A stretch of DNA of 64,000 bases from Bryobacterales bacterium. Lineage in GTDB: Bacteria > Acidobacteriota > Terriglobia > Bryobacterales > UBA6623. Both the position numbers and the translations under genes were made by a program. Positions 1-8,927 of this stretch are shown piece after piece; the first letter of the stretch is position 1, and the number at the start of each line of letters is the position of its first letter. The DNA lies in assembly GCA_963422375.2 (NCBI GenBank), contig OY729428.2, positions 2,880,001 through 2,944,000 on the forward strand. Reading direction: 5' to 3'. The notes beneath the pieces are model-generated. The model did not search any database. It saw nothing but the letters and a program-made list of their open reading frames with translations, and was not told where the DNA came from.

Positions 1-596
1 ACCGGCATTCAGGGCGTCTCGAGCATGATCTGGGTCGCTACCTCACGGAGTTCACGGGACGGTGCAACGACCGCGACTGCGACACGGCGGAACAGATGCG
101 GCGCATGGCGCGGGGCCTGGTCGGCAAGACGCCGACCTACCGGCAGCTGACCGGCAAGGCCGCAGTCGCGGCCCGAGCGGCGCCCTCCGCGCCGAGCGCC
201 GCAGCCCGCTGCCGACGCACTCTTCACGCTCGATGCGCTTCACGCTCGGTGCGAGGGGCGCGCCGGATCTGGAATCCCCCGGCGCGACCCGAGTCCGGCC
301 CGGACCATCCGTGCAGGCCGTCGAGCGCCGGGGATCCGCTGTCTTCGGCCCTCGGAGGGCACGCAATCGGCTTGCAAGCGGTGCCCTCCACCGCAAACCG
401 GATTCCACCGGGCATGCGAGGGGGCCTCTCTAATCCGTGCCTCGTCAATTCCGCTGGCAGGTTCGATTCAGATACGATCCCACCTTGCTGTGCCTACCGC
501 GGCCGCATTCGAATGACCCCAGCCAGACGCCGACCTCCCTGCTCAGAGCAGTTCTCGTCGGACGTGGCGTTGTCGGCACTCAGATATATAATTCCC
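1..596 (+). mobile_element. IS1595-family element (lineage A), 3' part: degenerate transposase C-terminus, long non-coding tail, right end
   Basis: Bases ~25-180 encode LGRYLTEF..R.N.RDCDTAEQMRRMARGLVGKTPTYRQL, the ISXO2-like C-terminus. The region is colinear with 39780-40280 and ends in TCGGCACTCAGATATATAATTCCC (573-596), identical to 40257-40280. Confidence 0.8.
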
Positions 597-1790
597 TAAC
601 AAAACAGTGATCAAGGGGTTTTGGGCAGAGCCTTACGACTCCGGTGAACTTTCTCAAGAATCTCGTCAACAACAGCCTTTGTCGAGACGAGAGGGCGTGG
701 GTTTTCGTTATAACTGAGTAGTTAATCGCGCAATCACTGCTCCAATTGAGGCGCCGAAGTGAACACGCCACGACGAATCTGTTTCTGCGTGAGCATGGCG
801 AAGAACCGCTCCACGAGGTTGGCCTAGGAGGATCTGGTCGGGATGAAGTGCAGGAAAACGCGCTTCTTGCGTTCAATCCATGCAAGCACCTTCTCGTGCT
901 TGTGCGTCGCGTAGTTGTCCGGAACGATGTGAATCTCCTGTTCCTTGGAGACAGTCTTCTCCACCTCTCGCAGAAACCTCGACACCTCCTGATGCCGGTG
1001 CTTGCGATACGTCTTGCCGAGCACTTCTCCGGTGGCGAGATTCAACGCCGCGAACAATGTGGTAGTGCCGTGACGCTTGTAAGTCGTGTGTCATCGTCTC
1101 CCAGCGCCCCTGCTTCATTGGCAAACCAGGTTGCGTGCGGTCCAACGCTTGGATCCGGCTCTTCTCGTCGAAGCTGAACACCGCGGCGTTGTGCGGCGGG
1201 TCGAGATACAACCCGACCACATCGCGCAACTTCTCCTCGAACCGCGGGTCATTGCTGCGTTTGCAGGTCCGAACCAGGTGCGGCTTCAGTCCGTGGGCAC
1301 GCCACACTCGGTTGACGAAGCCGTGGGTCGTGCGCAGATGCCGCGCCATTGACCGGCACGACCAATGGGTCGGGTCGCTCGGTATCGTCTGCGTCGTCGC
1401 CTCGAGGCCTTGGCTTCGCAGCTCCGCTTGTTTGTGCGAGTCCTTGTCGCCGTGGTTCGCCCCACGCGGGCGTTCCTGCTCAATACTCGACATCCCCTCT
1501 TGCGCCACACGACTTCGCCAGCGCCTGACCTTGTTTGCGTCGGTTCCCAGCTCCGAGGCAATCGCCTTGTTGGTCATCCCTGCGGCCGCCATCAGAACAA
1601 TGCGTGCACGTTCGCGCAGACGCACAGCGCTACTACGGCCCGAAGCCCTCTTTTCAAGCTTCCTGTGCTCTTCCTTCAACAGGGTGATTTCCGCCGCCAC
1701 GCGCATCGCATCCCTCCTCAACATCTCGACGCGAAGGAGGGTGACTCATTGCAACCATATAAACAACGTTTTGTTCGAGATACTACGCTA
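597..1790 (-). mobile_element. IS630-family insertion sequence, inactivated
   Basis: Contains an IS630 transposase relic. The left end reads (C)TAGCGTAGTATCTCGAACAAAAC on the minus strand with a TA at 1789-1790. The right end appears clipped at 597. Confidence 0.8.
611..1706 (-). pseudogene. IS630-family transposase pseudogene
   Basis: HTH (ARIVLMAAAGMTNKAIASEL), THWSCRSMA, and DDE residues in FDEKS, PDNYATHK and NLVERFF. One extra base near 1081 breaks THDYKRHG; stop at 824-826 with further stops downstream. RBS GAGGAGG precedes ATG 1706. Confidence 0.9.
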
Positions 1791-1950
1791 GCGCAGGTGG
1801 CGGCGCAGCCGCTGCAGGGCATGTCGAGAGCGATTTGCAGGACTTCGAGCGCGGCCTGTACGGTACCTGCAGTGCTACCCGACCGCGTTCGCGAGGCGGC
1901 GCAACCCGCGGGACCGCGACACGGCGGAACCCATGCGGCGCGCGGCCTGA
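1791..1950 (+). pseudogene. Internally deleted IS1595 (lineage A) transposase relic
   Basis: Fragments QVAAQPLQG, DLQDF, ERGLYGTC and RRNPRDRDTAEPMRR match non-contiguous parts of the transposase at 39520-39870. Confidence 0.65.
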
Positions 1951-2366
1951 GGCGCAGCGCGGCAGCTCCGGCACAGCTCAGCCTGCGAGCGTTATCCCGC
2001 CGAGCCAGTGGTGCCTTACGCCGACACCATGCTCGGCTCGCTGGATCGACTCCCTGCGGCACTCAGCTCTCTTCCCTTTCCGATGCGACGACGGTGCGAC
2101 CACACCGTGCTAAAGTAGCCGGAATGTGTCACGCTAGCGCGACAGAATCACCCTGGATGCAGGCGTGTCTCGTCCCCAACCCGGGCCGTGCGGTCACGTC
2201 CTGGCGGCCCACTGCGACCCGGGGCTCGATGACGCCGCGGCGGCCGAAGCTCAGAGAGTCCGCGACCGACCGTGGCCGAACACGTACGGAGCGTCAGGTA
2301 CGGACACGCAGACAAGCTCGGAGATCCCCCTCCGGCGGGCGGTTGAGGGTGACGTGTTGCTGGGGC

Positions 2367-3611
2367 ATGGGCTTTGGCACTGCCGTGCTTGTCGCCCCTC
2401 TCCTTGTCCTGACGACTGCATCGCTTGCAGATGCCCAAACGCTGCGGGCGTACGCCGGGGCTATTGCCGAGCCGGACGAGAACCTGCCGTGGTCGTTGCC
2501 GGAGCTTGCGCTGGATCCGCCGTTCGACGAAGATATAAAGTCTTACAGCCTACGCGTTCCGCACACCACTACCGGCATATCCCTGGTAACGGACAACTTC
2601 CACGGGTTCTCAGGCGCGGAGGGCGAGTCGGCGAACGGCTCCGACTTATCCGTCGCAGGGTGGAGGTTTACCCGCGATCTAGACAGCAGTGGACTCTTGT
2701 CGATCGACGATCTGGGCGTCGGAGGCAACACCGTCCGCATCGGCATAGGACTCGGTGCCGGCTTTGTTGACGACGACGACATCTACACCGTCGTTGTGAT
2801 CCGTGCTGCAGAAGTGTCGAGTGCCGCCGAGCTGACGGGGCTCAGCCTGTCAGCAGGAGAGCTCCGTCCTCCCTTCGCCACCGACACGACGGCCTATGAA
2901 GTAGTCGTGGCGGGCGGTGTCACCGTTCTTGAGATCTCGGCGATTCCGTCTTCAGGTGGCCGCGTCGCCATCAGCGGGCGGACGGAGGCTGGAAGCCAGC
3001 TAGCGGTGAACGACATCAGAGTGTCCGGCCTCGCGGTGGGGCGCAACACCATCACGATCGGCGTGGCCGCCGAAGACGGGGTAGCGTACGCCGAGTACAC
3101 CGTCGTCGTGCAACGAGATGTCCCGCTCAGCTCGGTCATGCTGCAGGATCTGCAGTTCTCGGAAGGACCGCCGGAACCGGGCTTCATGGCAGCCGCGATG
3201 AGCGGGACGTTGCCGGAAGGATCCGCGCATGCAATCCCCGAGTGCGTTTTCTCAGGCGTGCCGTTGTGGTATGCCCTCGACGTGTCCGATGCTCTGGTGA
3301 CCATCCGAGCACGTGCTGCCGCGGGGTCGAGCTTTGCCGTCGCCGGCGCCACGGCGGACGGGGGGCCGGCGCTGGAGATCGTCAACTGGTCGTCCATCGG
3401 CAACACGAACGGCTTCGGCGCGTTCTTGAGCGTGACTCTGGGGAACCTCGAGCCGGGCGCGAACACGATCACGTTGACAGTCGGCAATGAGGACGAGACC
3501 GCTGCGCCGTCCGACACGACCGTCGTCGTGACACGCTACCACGAGCAGCGCGGATGGATGAGAAGAATGGTGACAGCAGTGTACAATGCCCTGATCCCGT
3601 GTCACTTGTAG
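2367..3611 (+). CDS. Secreted protein with about three cadherin-like beta-sandwich domains
   Basis: Signal-like N-terminus (AVLVAPLLVLTTASLADA). Repeated units L.PPF..D...Y...V ... L.VG.NT..I.V.AEDG...YTVVV.R typical of cadherin-like beta-sandwich repeats. Start is GTG 2349 or ATG 2367. Confidence 0.75.
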   Translation: MGFGTAVLVAPLLVLTTASLADAQTLRAYAGAIAEPDENLPWSLPELALDPPFDEDIKSYSLRVPHTTTGISLVTDNFHGFSGAEGESANGSDLSVAGWRFTRDLDSSGLLSIDDLGVGGNTVRIGIGLGAGFVDDDDIYTVVVIRAAEVSSAAELTGLSLSAGELRPPFATDTTAYEVVVAGGVTVLEISAIPSSGGRVAISGRTEAGSQLAVNDIRVSGLAVGRNTITIGVAAEDGVAYAEYTVVVQRDVPLSSVMLQDLQFSEGPPEPGFMAAAMSGTLPEGSAHAIPECVFSGVPLWYALDVSDALVTIRARAAAGSSFAVAGATADGGPALEIVNWSSIGNTNGFGAFLSVTLGNLEPGANTITLTVGNEDETAAPSDTTVVVTRYHEQRGWMRRMVTAVYNALIPCHL

Positions 3612-4300
3612 TCGTGCGTCGGCATGCCGCGAGTCCGCACTTCATCGGTACCGGCTGCGTGCGGTCGTGAGCGGCTTATATCGAGCCTGCGGGACAGAGA
3701 TATTCGGGAGGAGGTGGGCCTTGAGTCGCGCTGCCTGTTGACGCGCTGGCCCGTACGAAAGCTGAACGCTGTCCGACCTTGTGGCCGGCGTGGGGTTGGG
3801 TTAATCGATGTCGGACATGCGATCAGTCCCACTGCTGCAACGATTCGAGCACCTGATCGCAAAAATCTGGAAAGACCGTCGCCGAATGGACTCCCGAGGA
3901 CTACAATAGCGAATAGCGCCGCAACTCAATCTAGCATTCATATTGTCGATAGATATCGCCGCTGAGCCCTGCATGCTTAGTGCGCCGCTAGGCGTGTGCG
4001 GCCTTGAACTCTGCGCGGAGTACAGCAACGTTCGCACCAAATGAGTTGCTCAACCTGATCACGGATCTCAGTATGGTCGTTACGCATTTCGCCACGAAGA
4101 TCGAGCCACACGCCACCGATCGCGAGAACAACCTCCGCCCCATCCCAACGATCCAACGGCCCGTCTTATTCACGCTGTCAAGCTTACTATGCAGGCAGCC
4201 GAAGCTTCAAATCACCGGTTTCCGGGGTCAAACTGTCAGTCGTTTCCAGTTCTGGACGCTCATTTCTGGACTATTATGATCTGTTCAGATCCAAATTATT

Positions 4301-4324
4301 GGGAATTATAGACCTGAGTTCCGA
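4301..4324 (+). mobile_element. Orphan IS1595 lineage-A-like terminal repeat
   Basis: GGGAATTATAGACCTGAGTTCCGA matches the reverse complement of 573-596 at 21 of 24 positions. Confidence 0.65.
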
Positions 4325-4500
4325 TCCTGCGAATCGGGTGTGAAATCTAATTGAGACGCCCATTCAACTCCGAAGTGCGACACGCGGGTAAGGGGCGGTA
4401 GGCTGGGATACTAGGACCACAGTAGCAGATCCAGCGGCGCCGGACAAGCCGCTGCCGGGCCGCAGCGGGGGGCCGCGTCCCGGGCATGCGGGCATGCGTG

Positions 4501-4573
4501 CCCCGTTTCCGGAACGGGGACCCTCCGGGCCTTGCGCAGGGAGCGGAGCGACCGCAGCAAGGCCCGGAGGGTC
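4501..4573. repeat. REP-like palindrome cluster
   Basis: Perfect 17-bp inverted repeat GACCCTCCGGGCCTTGC (4519-4535) / GCAAGGCCCGGAGGGTC (4557-4573) around a GGAGCGGAGCGACC-containing loop, abutting a CCCCGTT/AACGGGG hairpin (4501-4519). Confidence 0.7.
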
Positions 4574-4619
4574 GAATCCGCGCCTGTCCGGGCGCAGCTC
4601 CCCCGCGCCCCTGTCCCCG

Positions 4620-4974
4620 TCGACACTGCGGCCAGCGACGCCAGGTCGAGCGGACGCTCGTCGCCGACGCGATCGTCGATCGCGAGCGCGGCCCCGCGGG
4701 CCAGCAGGGCAGGGTCGTCGCAGACCACGCTGCGCTTGTTCGCTCCGAGGTAGGCGTGCATGCCGCTCGATTCTGGAGCGGGCGCGCCCGGAGCGAACGG
4801 GGGCAGCCGCCGGGTGGGAAACCCGGCGGGCGGTTCCACGAGCAGCACGTCGGCCCCGTGGTCGGCGAAGAGCTTGCCGCAGTATCCGGCCGCAACCGTT
4901 CCGGCGAGGTCCAAGACCCTGATGCCCTCGAGCGCCCCCCGGGCGGTCGGCTGAGAGGGTCTCGACGCCTCCAT
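4620..4974 (-). pseudogene. Family III (CaiB/BaiF) CoA-transferase, N-terminal fragment only
   Basis: LEGIRVLDLAG..AAGYCGKLFADHGADVLLVEPP..G and LGANKRSV motifs. Similarity stops after about 115 aa and the frame runs into the palindromic region. Confidence 0.75.
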
Positions 4975-5155
4975 CGATCCGTCAGAACAGTGTCTCACCG
5001 CGGAGGCCGGCTGCGTTTCGCAGGGCAGGCCGCGCGACGCTGACCGCGAGACTGCAATGACCTATGCTGAGTGCCCGCCGAGCCCGCTCGCAACGCACCT
5101 GAACGCCTCGCCGGGCGACCGGAATCGCGCATCGCCAAGGTCGCTCGCTGGCGCT

Positions 5156-6407
5156 ATGAAAGGCGACCCCGCTCGATCCCCCCCGCGCGCCGGGACTCGC
5201 ACGCCGTGGGGCCTGCTCGCCATCCTGCTGGCGGTCACCTCCGCGAGCTACGTGAATCGCATTGCACTCTCCGTACTCGCGCCCACGCTGCGGGACGAGT
5301 TCGGCATGACCAACAGCGAGTACGCCCTCGCCGTGAACTGCTTCATGGTGACCTACATGGTGATGTACAGCGTCGGGGGGCGCTTGGCCGACGTCCTCGG
5401 ATTCCGGCGGGGGCGCGCTACACGCGTTCTCCGCCGGATTCCGCTCGCTGTCCGCTTGGCGCTTCCTGCTGGCCGTCGGGCAGGGCGGGGTCTGGCCGGC
5501 GGCGATGAAGGCCGTGGCCCGCGACGTTCTCGGCCCGCTCAAGGCTCTGGGGGTGGGGATCGCAAACTTCGGAAGCAGCCTAGGATCGGCTGTGGCGGTC
5601 CCCCTGGTTGGCTGGCTGGCAGTCGCGTGGGGCTGGCGCGAGGCCTTCCTGATCACCGGCCTGGCGGGCTTCTTCCTGCTGCCGGCATGGCTTGCGCTCA
5701 CGGCGGGCGCGAGGCCTCCGCCCGATGGAACGGGCGACGCCGGCCGGGAGTCGATTCCGTGGGCCGGCGTGCTGCGGTTCCGCCAGGCCTGGTCGGTTTT
5801 CGCGGGACGCTTCATCAGCGCCGGGGCGTGGGGCTTCTACGCGTTCTGGATTCCCGAGTACCTGGCCCGCGAGCGGGGGCTGGACCTAGCCGGGATCGGC
5901 CTGACGGCCTGGATTCCGTTCGTCGCCTCGGGCCTCGGCGATCTCGGCGGCTCCGGCGCCACGTCCTGGCTCGTCTCCCGCGGCTGGTCCGTGAACAGGG
6001 CGCGCAAGACGGTCCTCTGGGTCGCGGCGGCGGCGGCAACCTCCGGCCTGGGAGCCGCGTACGCCCCGACCGTGTGGACGGCGATGGCCTGCATCAGCGC
6101 CGGCGCGCTGGGATTCAAGGTCGTGTCGGTGAACCTGCTCGGGCTGCCGGGGGACTTCTTCCCGGCCTCCTACGTGGGCACGGCGTTCGGCTTCTCCGGA
6201 ACCGGCGGGAGCGCGGGAATCGTCGTCACGAATGCGTTGATCGGGTGGGCGCTGGATAGGACTGGCAGCTACTGGTCTGTCCTGGCGGGCGTCAGCGCGC
6301 TTCCTCTGCTGTCGGTGATGGCGGCGTCGCTGCTCGCCGGGCGGATCGAGCCGGTGCAAGTAACCGGCGAAGGCCGCGGGGCGGGCGGGCGACGGGACGG
6401 CGCCTAG
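5156..6407 (+). pseudogene. MFS transporter (ExuT/ACS-like), frameshifted by a small internal deletion
   Basis: First frame: SYVNRIALSVLAPTL ... GGRLADVLGFRRG. It switches frame near 5413 to ALHAFSAGFRSLSAWRFLLAVGQGGVWPAAMKA, which continues into ORF 5505-6407. The expected TM segment between the two is missing. Confidence 0.75.
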
Positions 6408-6425
6408 CGCGGACGGGAGACCGCC

Positions 6426-8276
6426 TCAATCCCCCGCGACGAGTCCGGCGGCCCGCGGCGCGGCCGGAACCGCGGCGGCGGGCCCGGAGCGGACCGGGCT
6501 CTCGATCGCGGACCGGCCCGTCCCCTCGTTCACGATGACCTGCAGCGGATTCTCGGGGAGCTGGGACTCGTCGCGGACGCGCGATGTGCCGTAGACGTGG
6601 AAGGGCTGCTGGTCGTTGATCCGCCGGAGATCCTCCAGCGTCTGCTTGCGATGCTTCGGGATAAGGCGCGGGGGATCAGCGGTGTCGTTGGGCGGCAGGT
6701 CCCAGTTGAGGTGCAGGTGCTGCGAGAGCTCGGCTTCGGGCTCGCCGGCGAAGCGCATGGCGGGCCACTTGAACGCCGCGCCGTGGACGCGCTTGCCGCG
6801 CAGGTGGTAGAAGACCTTCGTTCCGATCTTGAAGTACTTTCTTGACCGCTCGCGCATCTCGCCGAAATCGCGGCTCTGCTTCCAGGCGGTCATTATGAAC
6901 TCCCACTGGAGCTGCGTGAGTTCCCTCGCCTTCATCGCATGCCCGGCGGCCATCCGCGTGTCCTCGAGCGGGGTGAAGATCGACGGGACGTAAAGCACCC
7001 TGTTGTCCTTCAGGCGGTGCAGCAGCTCGAGGGACTGCTTGATGTCGTCGTCGGTCTCGTTCGGCAGGCCGACGATGAAGGTGTACACCGGGAACCAGTT
7101 GTTGTCGTTCAGGATGTTGGTCCCCTCGACCACGATCTCCTGCCAGTCGCGAATGTCGAACGGCAGCGACTTGCCCGACATCGTCAGGGCGGCCAGGCGC
7201 GGCGAGCCGGTCTCGATGCCGATCAGCGGGGCGAGGAAGCGCTTGTCGGGGTGGGTCGAGTTGCGGTTCTGCAGGGCGCTCTTGCCGAGCAGGACGCGCG
7301 ACAGGTCGCGGACCAAGCCCGGGTTAACGACCGCCGGAGCGATCGTGGCGTGCGAGAGCGGGAGGTAGTCGACGCCGGACTCCTCGGCGATTGAGCCGTA
7401 GAAGTTCAGCATCTGGTGCGGGTTCGGAATGTAGAAAGGCGCCGAGGCGCCGTAGATGAAGACGTCCTCCGACACGGGGAAGATGATGCGGCCGCCGTTG
7501 CGGGTGTTCGCGCGGACGCCCGCCAGCACGTCCGGCAGGGGAACCGAGATGCGCGTCTCCAAGGTGGGCGAGCAGAATGCGCACTGGCGCCCGCAACCGC
7601 GATTCATCTCGACGATGCCGTAGGTCGAGCGCCTGCGCGGGATGATCAGATCCTCGACGCCGGGCTCGGGCGCATGGACCACGGGGGGCAGTTCCTTGCC
7701 GTCCTCGGCCAGCTGGAACACCTCGAGAATCTTCGTCTCGGCCCGGCCGTGGATGATGCAGTCGACGCCCAGGCGCTCCCGCGAGCCGGTCTTGTCGATC
7801 TGCCAGGCACCGGCCCCGCCCACGATGACCTTCGGGCGGTGCCTGCGGATTGCGGGGTGCCGGTACACGCGTTCCGACTCGGCCGCGTTGATCGGCCGGG
7901 CGGACGAGCCGAAGATGTTCGAATACACGCCCGTCGAGAATGCCGTTCCGATCGGATTGTGCGCGCCGACTCCCACGGCGACCGTGCGCGGCCCGACGAA
8001 CGTGCTCAGGTCGTCGGGATAGCACACGACCACCTCCTCGTCCGGGTAGTGCCTGCGCAGGACCTCCTCCGCGACCCGCACGCCGTAGGTCATCACCTTG
8101 GCGCTGCCGTCCGCGTAACGCGGCTGCTCGAACTTGTTCTTGTACAGGAACCGCGGCACGAACTGCGCCGGCGCGGACGCGTACATCATCTGCTTCCAAG
8201 GGCTGAAGGCCTGCTCGGTGCTCTCCGTGTCGGGAGCGGTCAAGACGAACTTTACGCCGTCGGTGCGATAGGCCAT
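6426..8276 (-). CDS. Radical SAM protein with N-terminal B12-binding-like domain, Grs/Gms-like
   Basis: CxxxCxxC in RGCGRQCAFC (7572-7595), plus IVGGAGAWQ, IGIETGSPRL and FIVGLPNET motifs. 616 aa, intact. Confidence 0.85.
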   Translation of the reverse strand: MAYRTDGVKFVLTAPDTESTEQAFSPWKQMMYASAPAQFVPRFLYKNKFEQPRYADGSAKVMTYGVRVAEEVLRRHYPDEEVVVCYPDDLSTFVGPRTVAVGVGAHNPIGTAFSTGVYSNIFGSSARPINAAESERVYRHPAIRRHRPKVIVGGAGAWQIDKTGSRERLGVDCIIHGRAETKILEVFQLAEDGKELPPVVHAPEPGVEDLIIPRRRSTYGIVEMNRGCGRQCAFCSPTLETRISVPLPDVLAGVRANTRNGGRIIFPVSEDVFIYGASAPFYIPNPHQMLNFYGSIAEESGVDYLPLSHATIAPAVVNPGLVRDLSRVLLGKSALQNRNSTHPDKRFLAPLIGIETGSPRLAALTMSGKSLPFDIRDWQEIVVEGTNILNDNNWFPVYTFIVGLPNETDDDIKQSLELLHRLKDNRVLYVPSIFTPLEDTRMAAGHAMKARELTQLQWEFIMTAWKQSRDFGEMRERSRKYFKIGTKVFYHLRGKRVHGAAFKWPAMRFAGEPEAELSQHLHLNWDLPPNDTADPPRLIPKHRKQTLEDLRRINDQQPFHVYGTSRVRDESQLPENPLQVIVNEGTGRSAIESPVRSGPAAAVPAAPRAAGLVAGD

Positions 8277-8354
8277 GCCGGTCCGAATCCTCCGTGCGTC
8301 AGCTGACGCTTACCTTAACTCTAGTGCTGTGCCGGCGAGGCCGCCGCGCAGCCG

Positions 8355-8789
8355 TCAGGCGGCCGCCCCGTGCGCCCCGTGCGCCGCGTGCCGCCGGATC
8401 GCGCGCAGCATGGCGTGCAGCCCGTTGCCCCGGGTGGGGCTGAGGTGCGCGGTGAAGCCGATCTCGTCGATGAAACCGTGACCCGCGTCGAGGATGGCTC
8501 GCGGCGTGAAACCCGAGTAGGCGCGCAGGAGCACGGCGATGAGCCCGGACACGATGGCGGCGTCGCTCGTGGCCGCGAAGTACACCCTGCCGTCCCGGCG
8601 CTCGGCCCGAAGCCAGACCTGCGCCTGGCAGCCCTTCACCTTGAAGAGGTCGGTCCGGAACTCCGACGGGAACGGCGGCAGCTTCCGCCCGAGGTCGATG
8701 AGGTGCTGGTAGCGGTCCATCCAGTCGTCGAGGAATTCGAACTCTTCGACAATCTCCCGGTGGACATCTTGAATGGACTGGCTGGTCAA
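8355..8789 (-). CDS. sufE: Fe-S metabolism sulfur acceptor SufE
   Basis: DWMDRYQHLIDLG, VKGCQAQVW (catalytic Cys), SDAAIVSGL, HLSPTRGNGL. Confidence 0.93.
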   Translation of the reverse strand: MTSQSIQDVHREIVEEFEFLDDWMDRYQHLIDLGRKLPPFPSEFRTDLFKVKGCQAQVWLRAERRDGRVYFAATSDAAIVSGLIAVLLRAYSGFTPRAILDAGHGFIDEIGFTAHLSPTRGNGLHAMLRAIRRHAAHGAHGAAA

Positions 8790-8927
8790 CCCGGGTGCCC
8801 CACCTTTCGAATTTTACCCAGTTCGGCCCGGCCGCGGCTGGCGGACCCGCCGGAGCCGGCGCGGCCCGGCCGCGTCGGCTGCCGACGACGGCTTGCGATC
8901 GAGGGACGCGGGTGCGAAAGTGGCTTC

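Noticed and set aside
1365..2348. N-terminal extension of the 748-aa ORF
   Set aside because: It runs antisense through the IS630 and an IS1595 relic; the signal peptide begins near 2349-2367.
3980..4170. Small membrane-anchored coiled-coil gene relic on the minus strand
   Set aside because: It needs a frameshift and has no clear start, which is too weak to call.
4565..4600. tRNA T-loop-like GGTCGAATCC
   Set aside because: No cloverleaf; the bases belong to the palindrome arm.
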